NCBI GenBank assembly: GCA_951406725.2
Contig: OX597819.1
Coordinates: 101,866,001-101,930,000 of the forward strand
Length of the DNA stretch: 64,000 nt
Reading direction: 5' to 3'
DNA from: Octopus vulgaris
Lineage: Eukaryota
The notes beneath the pieces are model-generated. The model saw only the letters and a list, made by a program, of their open reading frames with translations. It was not told the origin of the DNA and did no database searches. A program made the position numbers and the translations under genes. Every line of letters begins with the position of its first letter. Positions within the stretch are counted from its first letter, which is position 1. Positions 28,031 through 42,148 of the stretch are shown piece after piece.

Positions 28031-28844
28031 GAGAAAGTTTTTTTGGCGTACTCTCAAGAGTACGCATACTTAGAGGTTTGAGAAACCTTGCTCTGTCTAT
28101 TCTTTGAAAGTACTACTCTTGAAAGAGGATGTGAGTAAGTGCAGTATTCCTAGAACGACCTCTGCATTTTTTCTTCAGGATTTGGTTCCAAATTTCTTCA
28201 CAAGGAATCAATTTATTAAATGTTGGTCAGCTATGCAGTGCACTTTTCAGTAAAGTTAGAAGCTCAATCTGCAAATAAAAAATTTTCAATACTCTAAAAA
28301 CTTTCAAAATCAAGAACAAAAACTGCTCAACACAGTTCTCTCTTATATTTATTTACTTTTGGTATTTATTCAAATTTATTTTAATTTTTGCAAGAAATTT
28401 GTTTTATATTTTTCTTTCTAAAATTCTAGATTTTGCTTTGATTGTAAATATTGTGAGGGGGAAATGCAAGTATTTAAAAACACAAGCCAACGAGAATGAA
28501 CAGTTAGTCTCCACCCCTGTTATCCATCGCCCTCACTAACACCATTGATAATAGTCGTATGTAGTCTTATGTTTATACTAACAAAGTCTGTGTTTAATAG
28601 AATACAGATGAAAGAAGAACGGTTGTAGAAACTAGCAGTTGCATAAAGGATTTATTGTCAACCGTACTAGCGTCATCATAAACCACGCCATTTCACAACA
28701 CACCACGCCATTTTACAGGACACCTACACCACAACGAATCCCAACATCACCCTACTGTTACACAAAACTATATTTCACCCACGACTAAATCATAACAAAA
28801 CACACAGACATTCCATAACCTTAAAACGCTTACGGCAACCTAAC

Positions 28845-29080
28845 CAAATAATAACAACTAATAACAGCAGCAACAAGTATAAGAATAATAACGATAACAA
28901 CAAAAGGAACAACAACGACGCTGATGATGATGATCGTGATGGTGGTGGTGGTGGTGGTGGTGGTGGTGGTGGTGGTGGTGGTGGTGGTGATAGTGATGGT
29001 GATGTGGTAATGAAGATGAAAATAATAATAAAATAATAACAGCACCAACAACAATAATAACGATAATAATAATAATAATG

Positions 29081-29159
<79 letters not shown>

Positions 29160-29168
29160 TAATAACAA
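28845..29168. repeat. Compound trinucleotide microsatellite (GGT)n/(AAT)n
   Basis: Direct reading. Confidence 0.92.
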
Positions 29169-29535
29169 GCAAAAGTATATAAAAAAAACGACACGATGGC
29201 ATACCACTTTTGGAGTCTACATCATATCTAGCCATCACTGATAAGTATTACAAAAATAATTTCTTCCGACCACATATTTACATTATTGTAGAGCTAACGC
29301 GGGACCACCATAATACAAAACCAAGCCAATCCAAAACTTACCATTCCATTTTATTCCACCTTATGCGATAATGTAGAATACAAAATCTCATAACACAACA
29401 TACAGTGGAAACTACGAAATGAAAAAGCAACCATCGCCATGCACAGCATATCTGGTAATTGTCAAGCCATATAGACCTATACATAACATACACGTATACG
29501 CATGAACATACATACATATATATATATATATATAC

Positions 29536-29591
<56 letters not shown>

Positions 29592-29842
29592 GCATTTACG
29601 CAAACATACACAGACACACTGCATATATGCACTCGGTTTTTTTTCATTAAGGGTGGTGCTGGAGGTTAGGTGACAGCAAGGCTGATTAGCAGAATCTGAC
29701 AAAAAACACCCACCATGAACAAGTAGTTGCTTTGTGATGAAAATTACTTACATATGTTTTCCTACAATGACACCGCACAGATACAAAAACACGTGAAACA
29801 TACAAATTAACAGTCACACCCACATATGTAATCATGCACGTA

Positions 29843-29898
<56 letters not shown>

Positions 29899-29962
29899 TA
29901 CATATATACATATATACATATATACATATATATATGTATGTATATGTGTATATATATAAGCA

Positions 29963-30400
29963 AAATAATAAATAAAACATATGCATATATACATACATAT
30001 ATGTAAGTACCTACATCTATATGTATATATACATGCATACATGGGTACAGGACACCAAAAAAAAAACGTCGAACACAATGAAAAACGAAAGCATAAACAC
30101 AAAACCAAGGAAATGGACATTTTTCTTAAACAACGAAAAAATAGAGTACAAGACATACAACACAAGGAACATTCCCCTTCTTCAGCCGTCTCTGTTTCAC
30201 CTACTCCGCGTTTCGAAGATAAAGGCGAGACACGACTTCGTTGAAACAGTCCTTCTCGCAAAAGCAAATTGAATAAAATTTGAGATTTTTTGCGGAGGGG
30301 TAAAAATGGTAACAAAAACAGGACAGTACAAACAATACAAAATATAAAGAGTAAAAGACAAGACAAGGAGAATAGCAGTAACACGAACATTAAGGGCTGT
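29963..30400 (-). mobile_element. Dispersed repeat family E (unclassified; one end abuts TA-rich microsatellite)
   Basis: Homologous to 49825-50090, 57170-57420 and 58690-59090 (CTGAAGAAGGG...GTCCTGTAC...GTAGGTAC). Confidence 0.8.
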
Positions 30401-30708
30401 TAAGCCAGAACGAATGAAAAAATACTTTGAACGCTTTGAGAACGGCGAGAGAGACAGGGAAAACCGTCTACACTTGATGGAAGCCGGGCCAGAAAGGCAG
30501 TAGTGGCCTTCTTGTCGCGTGTCAGCGACGGGAGGGAGGAGGAGGAGTAAGGGATATATATGGGTATATATATATGTGTATATATATGCGTATATTTATG
30601 TTTGTCTCCGTCGATTGTTGATTGTTTACCCTGAACGTCTACTCTGTCGCTTGTTCGTTCGAAGGTCTAACTCTCCACAAATTTTATATTTTAAAATTTC
30701 TGGAGAGT

Positions 30709-30768
<60 letters not shown>

Positions 30769-30772
30769 TAAG

Positions 30773-30986
<214 letters not shown>

Positions 30987-31153
30987 TAAAACTCTTGAAG
31001 TGTTCGGTTAAACGAGCCTCTATAACCTCTGTAAAAAGATGAACTGTGAACTTCATTCTTCTGTTAGTATTCCATCTACTTTCACTCTTTATTCTTCTAT
31101 TATATCCGTTATAAACTGTGAATTTGCCTGTCTAGAACATACATACTCACCTT

Positions 31154-31229
31154 GTCTCTGATGACGGAATACCCAGTATTCGGACATGGTAGCCTATCAC
31201 TTGAGATATCACAGAAACAGCTGTAAGAC
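31154..31229 (+). ncRNA. Type I hammerhead motif within a ~280-bp repeat fragment ending at (TA)n
   Basis: GTCT-CTGATGA(31158-31164)...GAAA(31214-31217)-CAGCTG-TA-AGAC; palindromic stem III; base of stem II imperfect. Confidence 0.7.
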
Positions 31230-31266
31230 TTCAATTTTACTTTGCTTTAACTAAATTGTTATATTA

Positions 31267-31356
<90 letters not shown>

Positions 31357-31713
31357 TAGTGTGTACACAGAACACGGAAAAAATAAATAGATAGTTACCA
31401 GGGTAACAAAAATTCTCATAAGTGCCAAAGATGTTACAAACTACATATAAATGTAGAAGTTCCAGGGTTTAGTGAAATGGTTTTGTAAAACAAAGATAAA
31501 TTAAGAAATGGAGTTCAACGCAAGTGTTGTTCAAAGATTTGAATAACACGTTCATTCAACTCCATTTCTTTATATATAAATATTTATATATATATAGATT
31601 CAGATGAATATGGTACTTAAGTTGAGGCACCAGAATTTAGTATGGTATTATCCATTCAATTTGAAATAAGGTGATTTAAATGAAAATAAGCAACAAGGAT
31701 ATCCAGAGGTAAT

Positions 31714-31798
31714 GCAGTACGATCGTTTTATGCGACTCCATTTAATTGAACAATGCAATGGTTACATCAATTTAAAATGTAGAGCAATCTTCAGCTGC
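31714..31798 (-). ncRNA. Type I hammerhead motif with a long stem II; G of GAAA mutated
   Basis: Minus strand GCAG-CTGAAGA-[long hairpin]-AAAA-CGATCG-TA-CTGC. Confidence 0.65.
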
Positions 31799-32804
31799 TC
31801 TCAATTGTCCCTATTATCTTACAGATGCACTAGGCATTGTAGTAGCAGATTTGTGTAACAGCTTCGAAATGCTTAGGTTGTATATATATATATATATGTG
31901 TGTGTGTGTGGGTGTGTACATATATATATGTGTGTGTATGTGTATGTATATATATATATATATACATATACATATACATATATATATATAGATAAATACA
32001 TATACATATATATATATATATGTATATATATATATGAATATGTATATATATGTATATATATAGTTATCGCCATACTAATATGGCATTCTTATAAAATAAG
32101 AATAAAGCTGTCCGCTTATTAGCTCCATGAGGCCATCGCCTTAAGTTAGCTATTTGATACAAGTCGTTAATGAAATTTTGAAAAAATGTAAAGCATTCCA
32201 GAGATTTAGTTTATAGTATGTACTTTTACCAAAATGTGGAAAAACATGGTTATGCATTAACGCATATACATACGCGTGAAAAAAAATATATATACATCAA
32301 AAGCATAATGAATAACAGTAGAATATTCCAGTAAAAATTGCAAACCGGTGTAAACAGACATGAAATTGTCTATGAAATATGGTTGTAAATTTTAGTTGCC
32401 TTTGTAATGTGAATGTATCGTCGAAAGTTGGGTTAATAGAACATATATGTTAACCTAATGAGAAACAATAGTATTCAGACCGCATATACGTATCGTTTAT
32501 CCCTATTATCCTAGGGACCAGGACGAGGTTTTGCACTAGGTTTTGTAGCAGCGGATTTGTGTAATAACTTCGAATTTCTTAGGTTATCGGGGGGAAAAAA
32601 AAGTAAGAAATCAAACAGTCTCACATCCTCCATATTGAATTGATCATTACCTTAATGAATGTCTTAGTATTTTAGAACATTTCACAGATTCTTCCTTTGG
32701 ATTTACTTGGGTGAACATATGGGAACAACCTTGTAAAAATGTCTACCAAACATACTTTAAGACAAACACTCACAACAACACACTCTCACACACCAACAAA
32801 CAAA

Positions 32805-33150
32805 TATTCTTTTACATGCTTCAGTCATTTGACTACGACCATGCTGGAATCTTAAAGGTATTTAGATAAACAAAATGACATAAGGACTTATTTCTTAATG
32901 CTAGTACTTACTCTATAGGTTTCTTTTGTCCAGTGGTGATGGAGGAGACAAACGAATACACAAAGACTCATATGTATATATATATATGATGGGCTTCTTT
33001 TAGTTTCCGGCTCCCTTATCCATTCACAAGTATTTGGTCGGCCATTGCTTATGGTAAAGACACTTGCTCAAGGTGGCACGCAGTGGGACTGAACCTGGAT
33101 GCATGCGGTTGGGAAGCAAACTTCTTTCCACACAACCAGGCATGCACTTA
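32805..33150 (-). mobile_element. SINE family A, diverged
   Basis: TCAGTCATTTGACTACGACCATGCTGGA ... GCAGTGGGACTGAACC...GGGAAGCAAACTTCT. Confidence 0.85.
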
Positions 33151-33257
33151 TGATTATGTATATAAGCCCGTTTACAGTATGCGGCCATATGATGTCATTA
33201 ACAGTATAGAGGTATATACCACTATTTTTACTTCAGGAATCCCTACGCAACCGTAGC

Positions 33258-33645
33258 GGATATAAAAAATACCAGAGAAAGAAAATGGAATTCACGAGAG
33301 ACTTTATTATTCATTGCGACCGTTTCGATCCATCAGGCAATCGCCTTGCGTGTAAGATGTTGTACTAACAGTTCTAGTGCATTGTGCAGATGTATACAAT
33401 TAGGTGATGAGTTCCTCCGTTGACATTACAACTACAAGAATGTATTCTAATTAAAATAAGCGAAGGGAAGATGCAAAATGAGGTATCTTTTAACAAGTCA
33501 CCTGATGTGACGCATACGCCCTTACGATGCATTACAGCTGTTTTTATTGCAGCTCATCCGAGAGTCACGGTGCATTGAAACGATGATAGTGAAAACTAAA
33601 CAGTCCCGTAAATTCATTGCTCTTTCTCTCATATTTTTATAACTG
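33258..33645. mobile_element. ~390-bp element with ~75-bp imperfect inverted ends (MITE or inverted pseudo-LTR pair)
   Basis: The reverse complement of 33258-33335 aligns by eye with 33568-33645. Confidence 0.55.
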
Positions 33646-33734
33646 TGCGTATATATACATTCATACATTCATACATACATACATACATACATACATACAT
33701 ACATACATACATACATACATAATAAATATATTGG

Positions 33735-33920
33735 ACCGCTGAACTCTACACGTCTTCTCTCTCTTTCCCTCTCAATTTATTTCCTCTTATTCCTTTCTGA
33801 GGAAGAGCGTAGGCTCGGAACGTAAAAGACTTGTCCAATTTTCCCAGCGTCAGACTTAATACACTTGCTTGTTGTTCCTACAAGTGTCTTGGTTTTTTTG
33901 TTTATATAAATCTGAACCTT
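33735..33920 (+). mobile_element. Solo 3'-end fragment related to the Penelope element, with an HHR motif at 33793-33828
   Basis: CTTT-CTGAGGA-A-GAGCGTAGGCTC-GGAA-C-GTA-AAAG followed by TTCCCAGCG...TAATAC, as in the 21156-21290 segment. Confidence 0.75.
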
Positions 33921-34159
33921 AACCTATTTAACATTTAAATTATATAAGTATGTATGCTTGTATGTATGTATGTATATGTCGACGGCTGCCTTCAAATGTA
34001 TCTATCCTAAGTGTTTTTATATACTAATATCTGTAGCTATATTCACTTCGTGTTCAACAATAAAAACGAATGCTTTCACGTTCTCTCGAAGTTTCTAAGT
34101 TTTATGGCTTAAATACAAGAAATATGTCACTCACTACTTCTCTCTTCCTGTATGTATGG

Positions 34160-34226
<67 letters not shown>

Positions 34227-34869
34227 TACACACACAATCACGTAACACCCCATATATTCACAAATCGCTGGAACTATCTTCACTCACACAAAATAAGTCT
34301 TGTCACTTTGTTAGTGATTGGCTTGAATTCTAAGAGGAAATACTAAATAAGAAATCAATCCCTTAGAAAAACACAGGTCTACGTTGTTGATGCTGTCGAA
34401 ATTCCAATGAAAGACCCTTGTTTCTGGGTCGGAAACTGGTCCTTTTCTATATTGGTGAGAATTTTACAAAATAAACCAGAACTTACATACATTTAATCAT
34501 ATATAAATATACACGTAATAATTAAACAGAAAACAAAAAGAAAAAACGTTTTAGACTTCAATAACTTATCGCAACAAATAAGGGTGTCTAATCCAGATCG
34601 TGTCTTTTCTTTCCCGACCACAGCAACTGAACATGGCGCCAAAATGGTAAGGGGAATGACGTGGGAAAGGATATGTTTTAATATCTTGTAACTAACGTTT
34701 TATAAGGGTTTTGCCTTGTTAGCTCATGTCAAACGAAATTGTATAGCAAGCTCCCTGCTACTGCTTACACACAATGGTTTCAGATTTGGAACCGTGATAT
34801 CCATCGGTAATAATAATCGCGGTAATATAAATACTTGTAGCAGCCGTCAACGTCGTCGTCGTCGTCATC

Positions 34870-34917
<48 letters not shown>

Positions 34918-36059
34918 CGGTTTCAGTTTAGAGTACAGCAATATAAATATAAAAATATATACGACTGTTATACACACACATACACACACACATACATACA
35001 CACATACACACATATACATATATAAAAATATATACGACAGTTATACACACACATACACACACATACACACACATACACACACACATATACATACGAGTGA
35101 GATTCTGGGCGTGTATGTATATGAATCATATATAATATAAAAACATAAAGTATATACGCATACGTGTGTGTTTGCATACGTGCGTACGTTTTATATAGAG
35201 ACATACAGTCAAATGTATATATATATACACGCACACACTCACGCACACACATATACTCATGCATACACACACATACACAAACACACGCACACACACACAC
35301 ATATATATATATATATACATTATATGAGAATATGTAGACATGATGTATGTGTGTGAGGTGTCTATATTTATATATAATGTATAATGCTTACCTACCAGAG
35401 GGTGTTTATATATCAAATTGTACCCAGGATGTCGACAGTCGTTATATTATGTCTGGTATTGTAGGTATGTGGTCAGTACGGCAGCTATATATAAACAAAC
35501 GCTAATGTATGTGTAAACACTGATATGTACGTAAGTATACGCAGACATATTATAAAATATTCATAAATTTATAGAAGCACAGGCACACATATATTCCCCT
35601 ATACGTGTGTGTGAGCATATGTCTGTTTGTTCACTCAGTCGTATCTGTCTGTATATATTTATGTATGCAAGTGTATTTCAGTATATCTATCTATATCTAT
35701 CTATCAAGCTGTATGCCTGTCGTTTTTTTTGTCTGTCTGTCTGTGTAGATGTCTATGTATACATAAGTTGGTGTATAAATACTTATGGTGAAATATCCAT
35801 AAATTTATAGAAGCATATGCATACATATATGCATGCATATGTTCTTCTGTGTGTGCCTCTGTGCGTATGTGTGAGTGTGTGTGTTTGTGTGAGCGTGTGT
35901 GTGTTTGTGTGTGAGTGTGTGTGTGTGTTTGTGTGAGTGTGTGTGTGTGTGTGTGTGGGTGTACACTTAGATGTACTTGTACGCCTGTATTTACGTGTGC
36001 AAGTATATGTCCCTATATCTGTCTATCAAACTGTATGCTTGTCAGCCTGTATAGATCGC

Positions 36060-36228
36060 TAACCACAAGACCTTTTTTTAATTTTCTCTCCCTGTTTGCC
36101 GAAGGGCGTAGGCTCGAAACGTAAAAGACTTTCTCACTTCCCGAGCGTTAAACTAATACATGTGTTTGCTGTTTACACACCCGTCTTCGTCTTTGGTTGT
36201 TGTTTTTTTTTTTTGTAAATTCTCACTA
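36060..36228 (+). mobile_element. Solo Penelope-related 3'-end fragment with a degenerate HHR
   Basis: GAAGGGCGTAGGCTCGAAACGTAAAAGAC...TTCCCGAGCG...TAATAC...CTTCGTCTTT, ending in (TA)n. Confidence 0.75.
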
Positions 36229-36301
36229 TATATATATATATATATATTTGATTTGATTTGATTTTTCCAGTTTCAGCTCATGAGCTGTGGCCATGCTGGG
36301 G

Positions 36302-36342
<41 letters not shown>

Positions 36343-36364
36343 TTATATATAAATACGTATACAT

Positions 36365-36753
36365 GGAATGGAAGCACTCCGTCGGTTACGACGACGAGGG
36401 TTCCGGTTGTTCTGAATCAACGGAACAGCCTGCTCGTGAAATTAACGTGTAAGTGGCTGAGCACTCCACAGAAACGTGCACCCCTAACGTAGTTCTCGGG
36501 GATATTCAGCGTGACACAGAGAGTGACAAGGCCGGCCCTCTGAAATACAGGTACAACAGAAACAGGAAGTAAGAGTGAGAGAAAGTTGTGGTGAAAGAGT
36601 ACAGCAGGGATCACCACCATCCACTGCCGGAGCCTCGTGGAGCTTTTGGTGTTTTCGCTCAATAAACACTCACAACGCCCGGTCTGGGAATCGAAACCAC
36701 GATCCTCCGACCGCGAGTCCGCTGCCCTAACCACTGGGCCATTGCGCCTCCAC
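36365..36753 (-). mobile_element. SINE family C, full length
   Basis: tRNA-like head (TGGCCCAGTGG, GTTTCGATTCC), body with GTGGAGTGCTCAGCCAC, tail CGTAACCGACGGAGTGCTTCCA. Confidence 0.9.
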
Positions 36754-36946
36754 ACACGTATACATATATACGTACGCATACACACAAGGTGTGAAGGCTA
36801 TATGTACCAACGGAGTGACCTTTGCTTCCCACCCCCATTGTTTTGAGCTCATCCCATTGCATGGTACCTTGACATCTTGGACCTCTGACTGACCAAATAA
36901 TTGCTAGTGGGCGTAGTAAGCTGAGAGAAGTTTCTTATACATATGT

Positions 36947-37007
<61 letters not shown>

Positions 37008-37011
37008 TATA

Positions 37012-37234
37012 CAGTAATCGCTCGACTGTCGCTTGTGTTACGTTGTAAAACAACTCGTGATAGGTGAAAATCCGCGAAGTCGAAACAGTACTTTTGTGTA
37101 TATTTATTTTGAATATTTTTATAATTTGTATATATTTATTTTATTATAATTGCAAAGCAACACCACAGAGGAATCAACGTAACCTTAAATGAAAAACCGC
37201 AGTAAGTGAACCGCGATATGACGATGGGCTACTG
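37012..37234. mobile_element. Tigger/pogo-like MITE
   Basis: Imperfect TIRs CAGTAATCGCTCGACTGTCGC / GCGATATGACGATGGGCTACTG, TA at the left flank. Confidence 0.6.
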
Positions 37235-38419
37235 TGTGTGTATACTTATGTATGTATATATAGGTATGTATGTATGTATGTGTGTGTATGTATATGTGTG
37301 TGTGTGTGTGCGTGTGTGTGTGATATTCTTTGTGAATGGTGGTCCCTCACTATCACTTGATGTTTTTACTTTTCTATATTCAAGCGGTTCAACAAAAGAT
37401 ACCAGTGGAAGAAGTAACAGGTTTTGAAAGTGTATACATACATACATACATACATACATACATACATACATACATACATACATACATACATACATACATA
37501 CATACATACATACATACTTACATACATACATACACGTTTAAGGTGTTCTGCGGTGGTACTATATAGTCATTAAATGAATGCCAAAGTAAAATTTCGGATA
37601 ATGATTTAAATATATAATCCGCAGTTTTAATCTCTATACAAGAAGACGGTTCAGAATCTGTATTTTATTAGACATATAAAAGTTTTTGTTGAATATGAAG
37701 TTTCTCCTTTTGGGCTTCCCTTAACATTAAAACGATGTGACTTTTGAAGATTATCTACAGATAATCCATCCTCTGTGGAGGCAGTCAGCTGACGAACCAG
37801 GAGAGCACCTTTAGGTAATCTGTGGACTCACTACAAATACATGCGAAAAGTCACCCAAACAAATATTTTATTATCCGAAATACATTATTTATTCAGTGTA
37901 TTGGCGAAATTGTAATTTTTGTTCATCGTAGTTGTATGCACTTAGAACTTAGTCTAACTGTATTTGGATAATGAAATTAATATACTAAGTAAATAAATAC
38001 TAAGGGGAGTACTTAATCGTTGTATGTTGAGGTTTGGTTGTAGTAATACTGTGAATTAAAAGATGTTGCCTTCTAATTGAAGCGTTTAGTCCCTCGTATA
38101 GTTTACTCCCTTAGAAATTTTAATGCAAACGCACAGAACACAAAACGCCGACAAAGACACACACACGTTAATTTTATGGAGGCTAGAGCGAGGTTTAATC
38201 CGATTTATGAAGATGTAAAATATCTGAACATTCCCTGGATACCGGTTTCCATTAACAGAATCAGCACAGGCGGTAGTTTCATTTCTAATTATTATATAAT
38301 TAAAAATGGCTTAACCGACCACTATTTTCTGATTGGTGAAAATTTTTGTTTCTTAGAATTTCTAATTGCTAAAATATCACGCTCAACATCGGTGAAACTA
38401 AACCGTTGGCAACATGAAT

Positions 38420-38507
<88 letters not shown>

Positions 38508-38869
38508 ACGCACATACATGCACACACACTCGCACACATACACACACATGTATATATAATTACACCCACCCATGTTTCTCATTAATTTCTCTGAGGTCAA
38601 AGTTACCCTGAAGAAAGTCTCTGTCCGAAATTTCTGATGGTATATTCACTGAAGTCTTTCTCGATCTTACTAACTAATACACCTCATCGGCACCTCCTGA
38701 TTTTCAAATAGCACAGTCCATTTGCTCAGAGCCTGAAGATTGCTTGGAGACTCATGGCGTGTTATTAAAACCTACACGTATCCCCAAAGCAAGAAACTGT
38801 TAATAGTTTGCATCTTCATGCTGTGTACTTGTGTATAAAATTATATGTACTTGTTTGTAAGTATGCATG

Positions 38870-38904
<35 letters not shown>

Positions 38905-38906
<2 letters not shown>

Positions 38907-39290
38907 TCTTTTACACTTTAATTTGTTTCAGTCATTTTACTGCGGCATGCTGGAGCACCGACGTTTAGTCGAACAAATCGATCCCAGAACTAATTCTTTG
39001 TAAGCCTAGTACTTACTCTATTGTTTTCTTTTTCCAAACCGCTAAGTTACGGGGACGTCGACAAAATCAACATTTGTTGTCAAACGATGGGTGGGGGGAC
39101 AAACACAGACACACAAATATGTACATATATTACATATATAAACTTACATACATACGACGGGCGTCTTTCAGATTCCATCTACCAAATCCAGTCACAATGC
39201 TTTGGTCGGCCCGAGGCTATACTAGAAGACACTTGCCCAAGGTGCCACGCACTAGGACTCAACCCAGAACCATGTGGTTGGTAAACAAAC
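38905..39290 (-). mobile_element. SINE family A, near full length
   Basis: Reverse complement of the family A body and tail. Confidence 0.88.
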
Positions 39291-39515
39291 TGGGATTAAA
39301 TAACTTTAGCGGTAGAACGAATAACGAATGCGCTAGATGTTTACAATATAGTATAGGATCATGCATATATTCTTCCCTAATAAATATAATTACAAATACA
39401 TAGATACACACGTGTATATTTGAAAATATTCTAGTATGAATAAAAATCGTATAGTAATACAAGATAAAAAAAAAAAGTGTTTATGAAAGAAACATATGAC
39501 CCGTAAGCACGTAGA

Positions 39516-39852
39516 TGTGAAGGCGCATGGCTCAGTGATTAGATCGTCAATCTTACGACCGTGAGGCTGTGAGTTCGAATCCCGTACAGGGCTGCGTGTT
39601 GTGTTCTTGAGCAAGACACTTTATTTCACGTTGCTCCGGTTCATTTAGTTGTAGAAACAAGTTCCGAAGTCACTGATGCCAAGCTGTATCGGCCTTTGCC
39701 TTTCCCTTGGATAACATCGGAGTCATGGAGAGTGGAGGCTGGTATGCATGGGCGACTGCTGATCTTCCATAAACAGCCTAGCCCAGACTTGTACCTAGGA
39801 GGGTGACTTTGTAGGTGCAATCCCATGGTCATTCCTGACCGAAGGGGGTCTC
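39516..39852 (+). mobile_element. SINE family D, tRNA head + CORE-like domain
   Basis: A-box TGGCTCAGTGA, B-box GAGTTCGAATCCC, TGTGTTCTTGAGCAAGACACTTTA resembling the CORE domain. Confidence 0.8.
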
Positions 39853-40342
39853 CGAAGTACGTAGATATTTTAATATACAAATAATTCTTAAGCCTTTATG
39901 GATACATATAATATCCAACAATCGTCGTCAATGCAATCAATTAAAGAAGGAAAATGTTAAACAGAAGTTGATTGGCTCCCATTATGTAACAAATTCCTCT
40001 TTGATGTATTTTCAGAATTGTAATTTCTTTACGGATTTCAAGAAAATTGTATCACTAACGCTGAACATTGGCTCATTTGCTCATCAATTATGTATCGTCA
40101 AAAGTTCATGGTATTCAAAAAAAAAAAAAGAGCTCGATAAAAATAGGGGACATGAATTTTAGCGCACGCACACGCACCCATGCGCGGACACACACACACA
40201 CACACACATATATACGCACACACAAACACTCATGCACAGAGACAGAAACACACACACATACATTACAGAAATAGTTACTTAGCGAGGCTGTTTCAAAAAT
40301 ACCTAAATAGAATACTAGAACACATTTATATATCTATCTATC

Positions 40343-40386
<44 letters not shown>

Positions 40387-40520
40387 CATATATATATCTT
40401 ATATAGTTGTATATATGTACATATATAGATATATGTATACTTACACCAACATACACCTAGACGCAAATGCACACCCACGCACACACAAATATACACAAAA
40501 TTCTATCTATTTCTCTATCC

Positions 40521-40642
<122 letters not shown>

Positions 40643-40703
40643 ACAAATATACAAATATATATAATATTATATTCGTATATTATATATATTTGTATATTTG
40701 TAT

Positions 40704-40742
<39 letters not shown>

Positions 40743-40817
40743 TACAAATATATATATATATATACGAATATAATATACAAATATACAAATATACAAATAT
40801 ATATATATAATATGTAT

Positions 40818-40871
<54 letters not shown>

Positions 40872-41003
40872 TCATGCTTACATAAATTTGGAATTATAGG
40901 GACAGGTAACTTGTGGCGAATGCTTACGATACATATGTAGGGAGACCAGAACAAAGAGAGAGAATGAAGTGGAAGAGAAAGTGAGAAAGTGAGAAAGAAA
41001 GAG

Positions 41004-41046
<43 letters not shown>

Positions 41047-41820
41047 GAGAGTGAGAGAGAAGGAGAAAGAGCCACAGACAGATAAATAGATAAATAGACA
41101 GACAGAGATGGAAATGTAGAGAAAGGTAAAAGAGCGGAAGTGAGATTTGTACAACCCATACCCCGAATGTGTAATGGCCATCAGGGGGTCCCTGTGTAGC
41201 CAGGTGTTACAATTGAAACATCATCAATAATAAGAAGCAACGTGATTTAGTGGCTGAGTAAATGATAGTAGAAAACATGGGAGAGTTTTGAAAGACATGC
41301 TTTATTAATATAGTGATCGATAACTCCTAGGATACACATCAATAACAGCCATAATATGCTTGCATATATAAATATGTAATGTATATATATATATATATAT
41401 GTATATGTATATATGTATATATGTATATAATGTATATGTATATATGTATATATGTATATATGTACATAAATCTATGTATGTATATAAATATATGCATATA
41501 TGTATATGGATGTGGGTATCTATGTGTATGTGTTTGCGCATGTGACAGAGAATGTGAGCTTGCAATTTTTTTGTGCGAGCTTGCATATAGTTATACACTC
41601 CGCCATACATATGCGAACACACAAATACGCACACATACATACACATATATATACATATATTTACATGTACATATACACATAGACACACATATATACATAC
41701 ACAAATAGGTGTCTGTATTGTGTATTTGTAATCCTATATGTATATACATATATAGCTAAATTGTTCAATATATATATTCGCATACATACATACAAGTACA
41801 TACATATACAAATATATATC

Positions 41821-41869
<49 letters not shown>

Positions 41870-42025
41870 AGTGAGTGAGTGATAATGACAAAAATAGATA
41901 GATAAATAGATAGATAGGTAGACAACTATTAGACTGATTGATTAATATGTAAATATCTAGGTGGTTTGTACATAAGCAGGTATATTGATCAATAGGAAGG
42001 TCTGAGAGTAGATAAATAAATAAGT

Positions 42026-42148
<123 letters not shown>

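Noticed and set aside
34398-34447. HHR-like CCAATGA-AA-GACCC/GGGTC-GGAAAC-TGGTC
   Set aside because: Two core mismatches and no stem I pairing; at best a decayed relic
38604-38642. CTGAAGA...GAAA motif
   Set aside because: No supporting stems I-III
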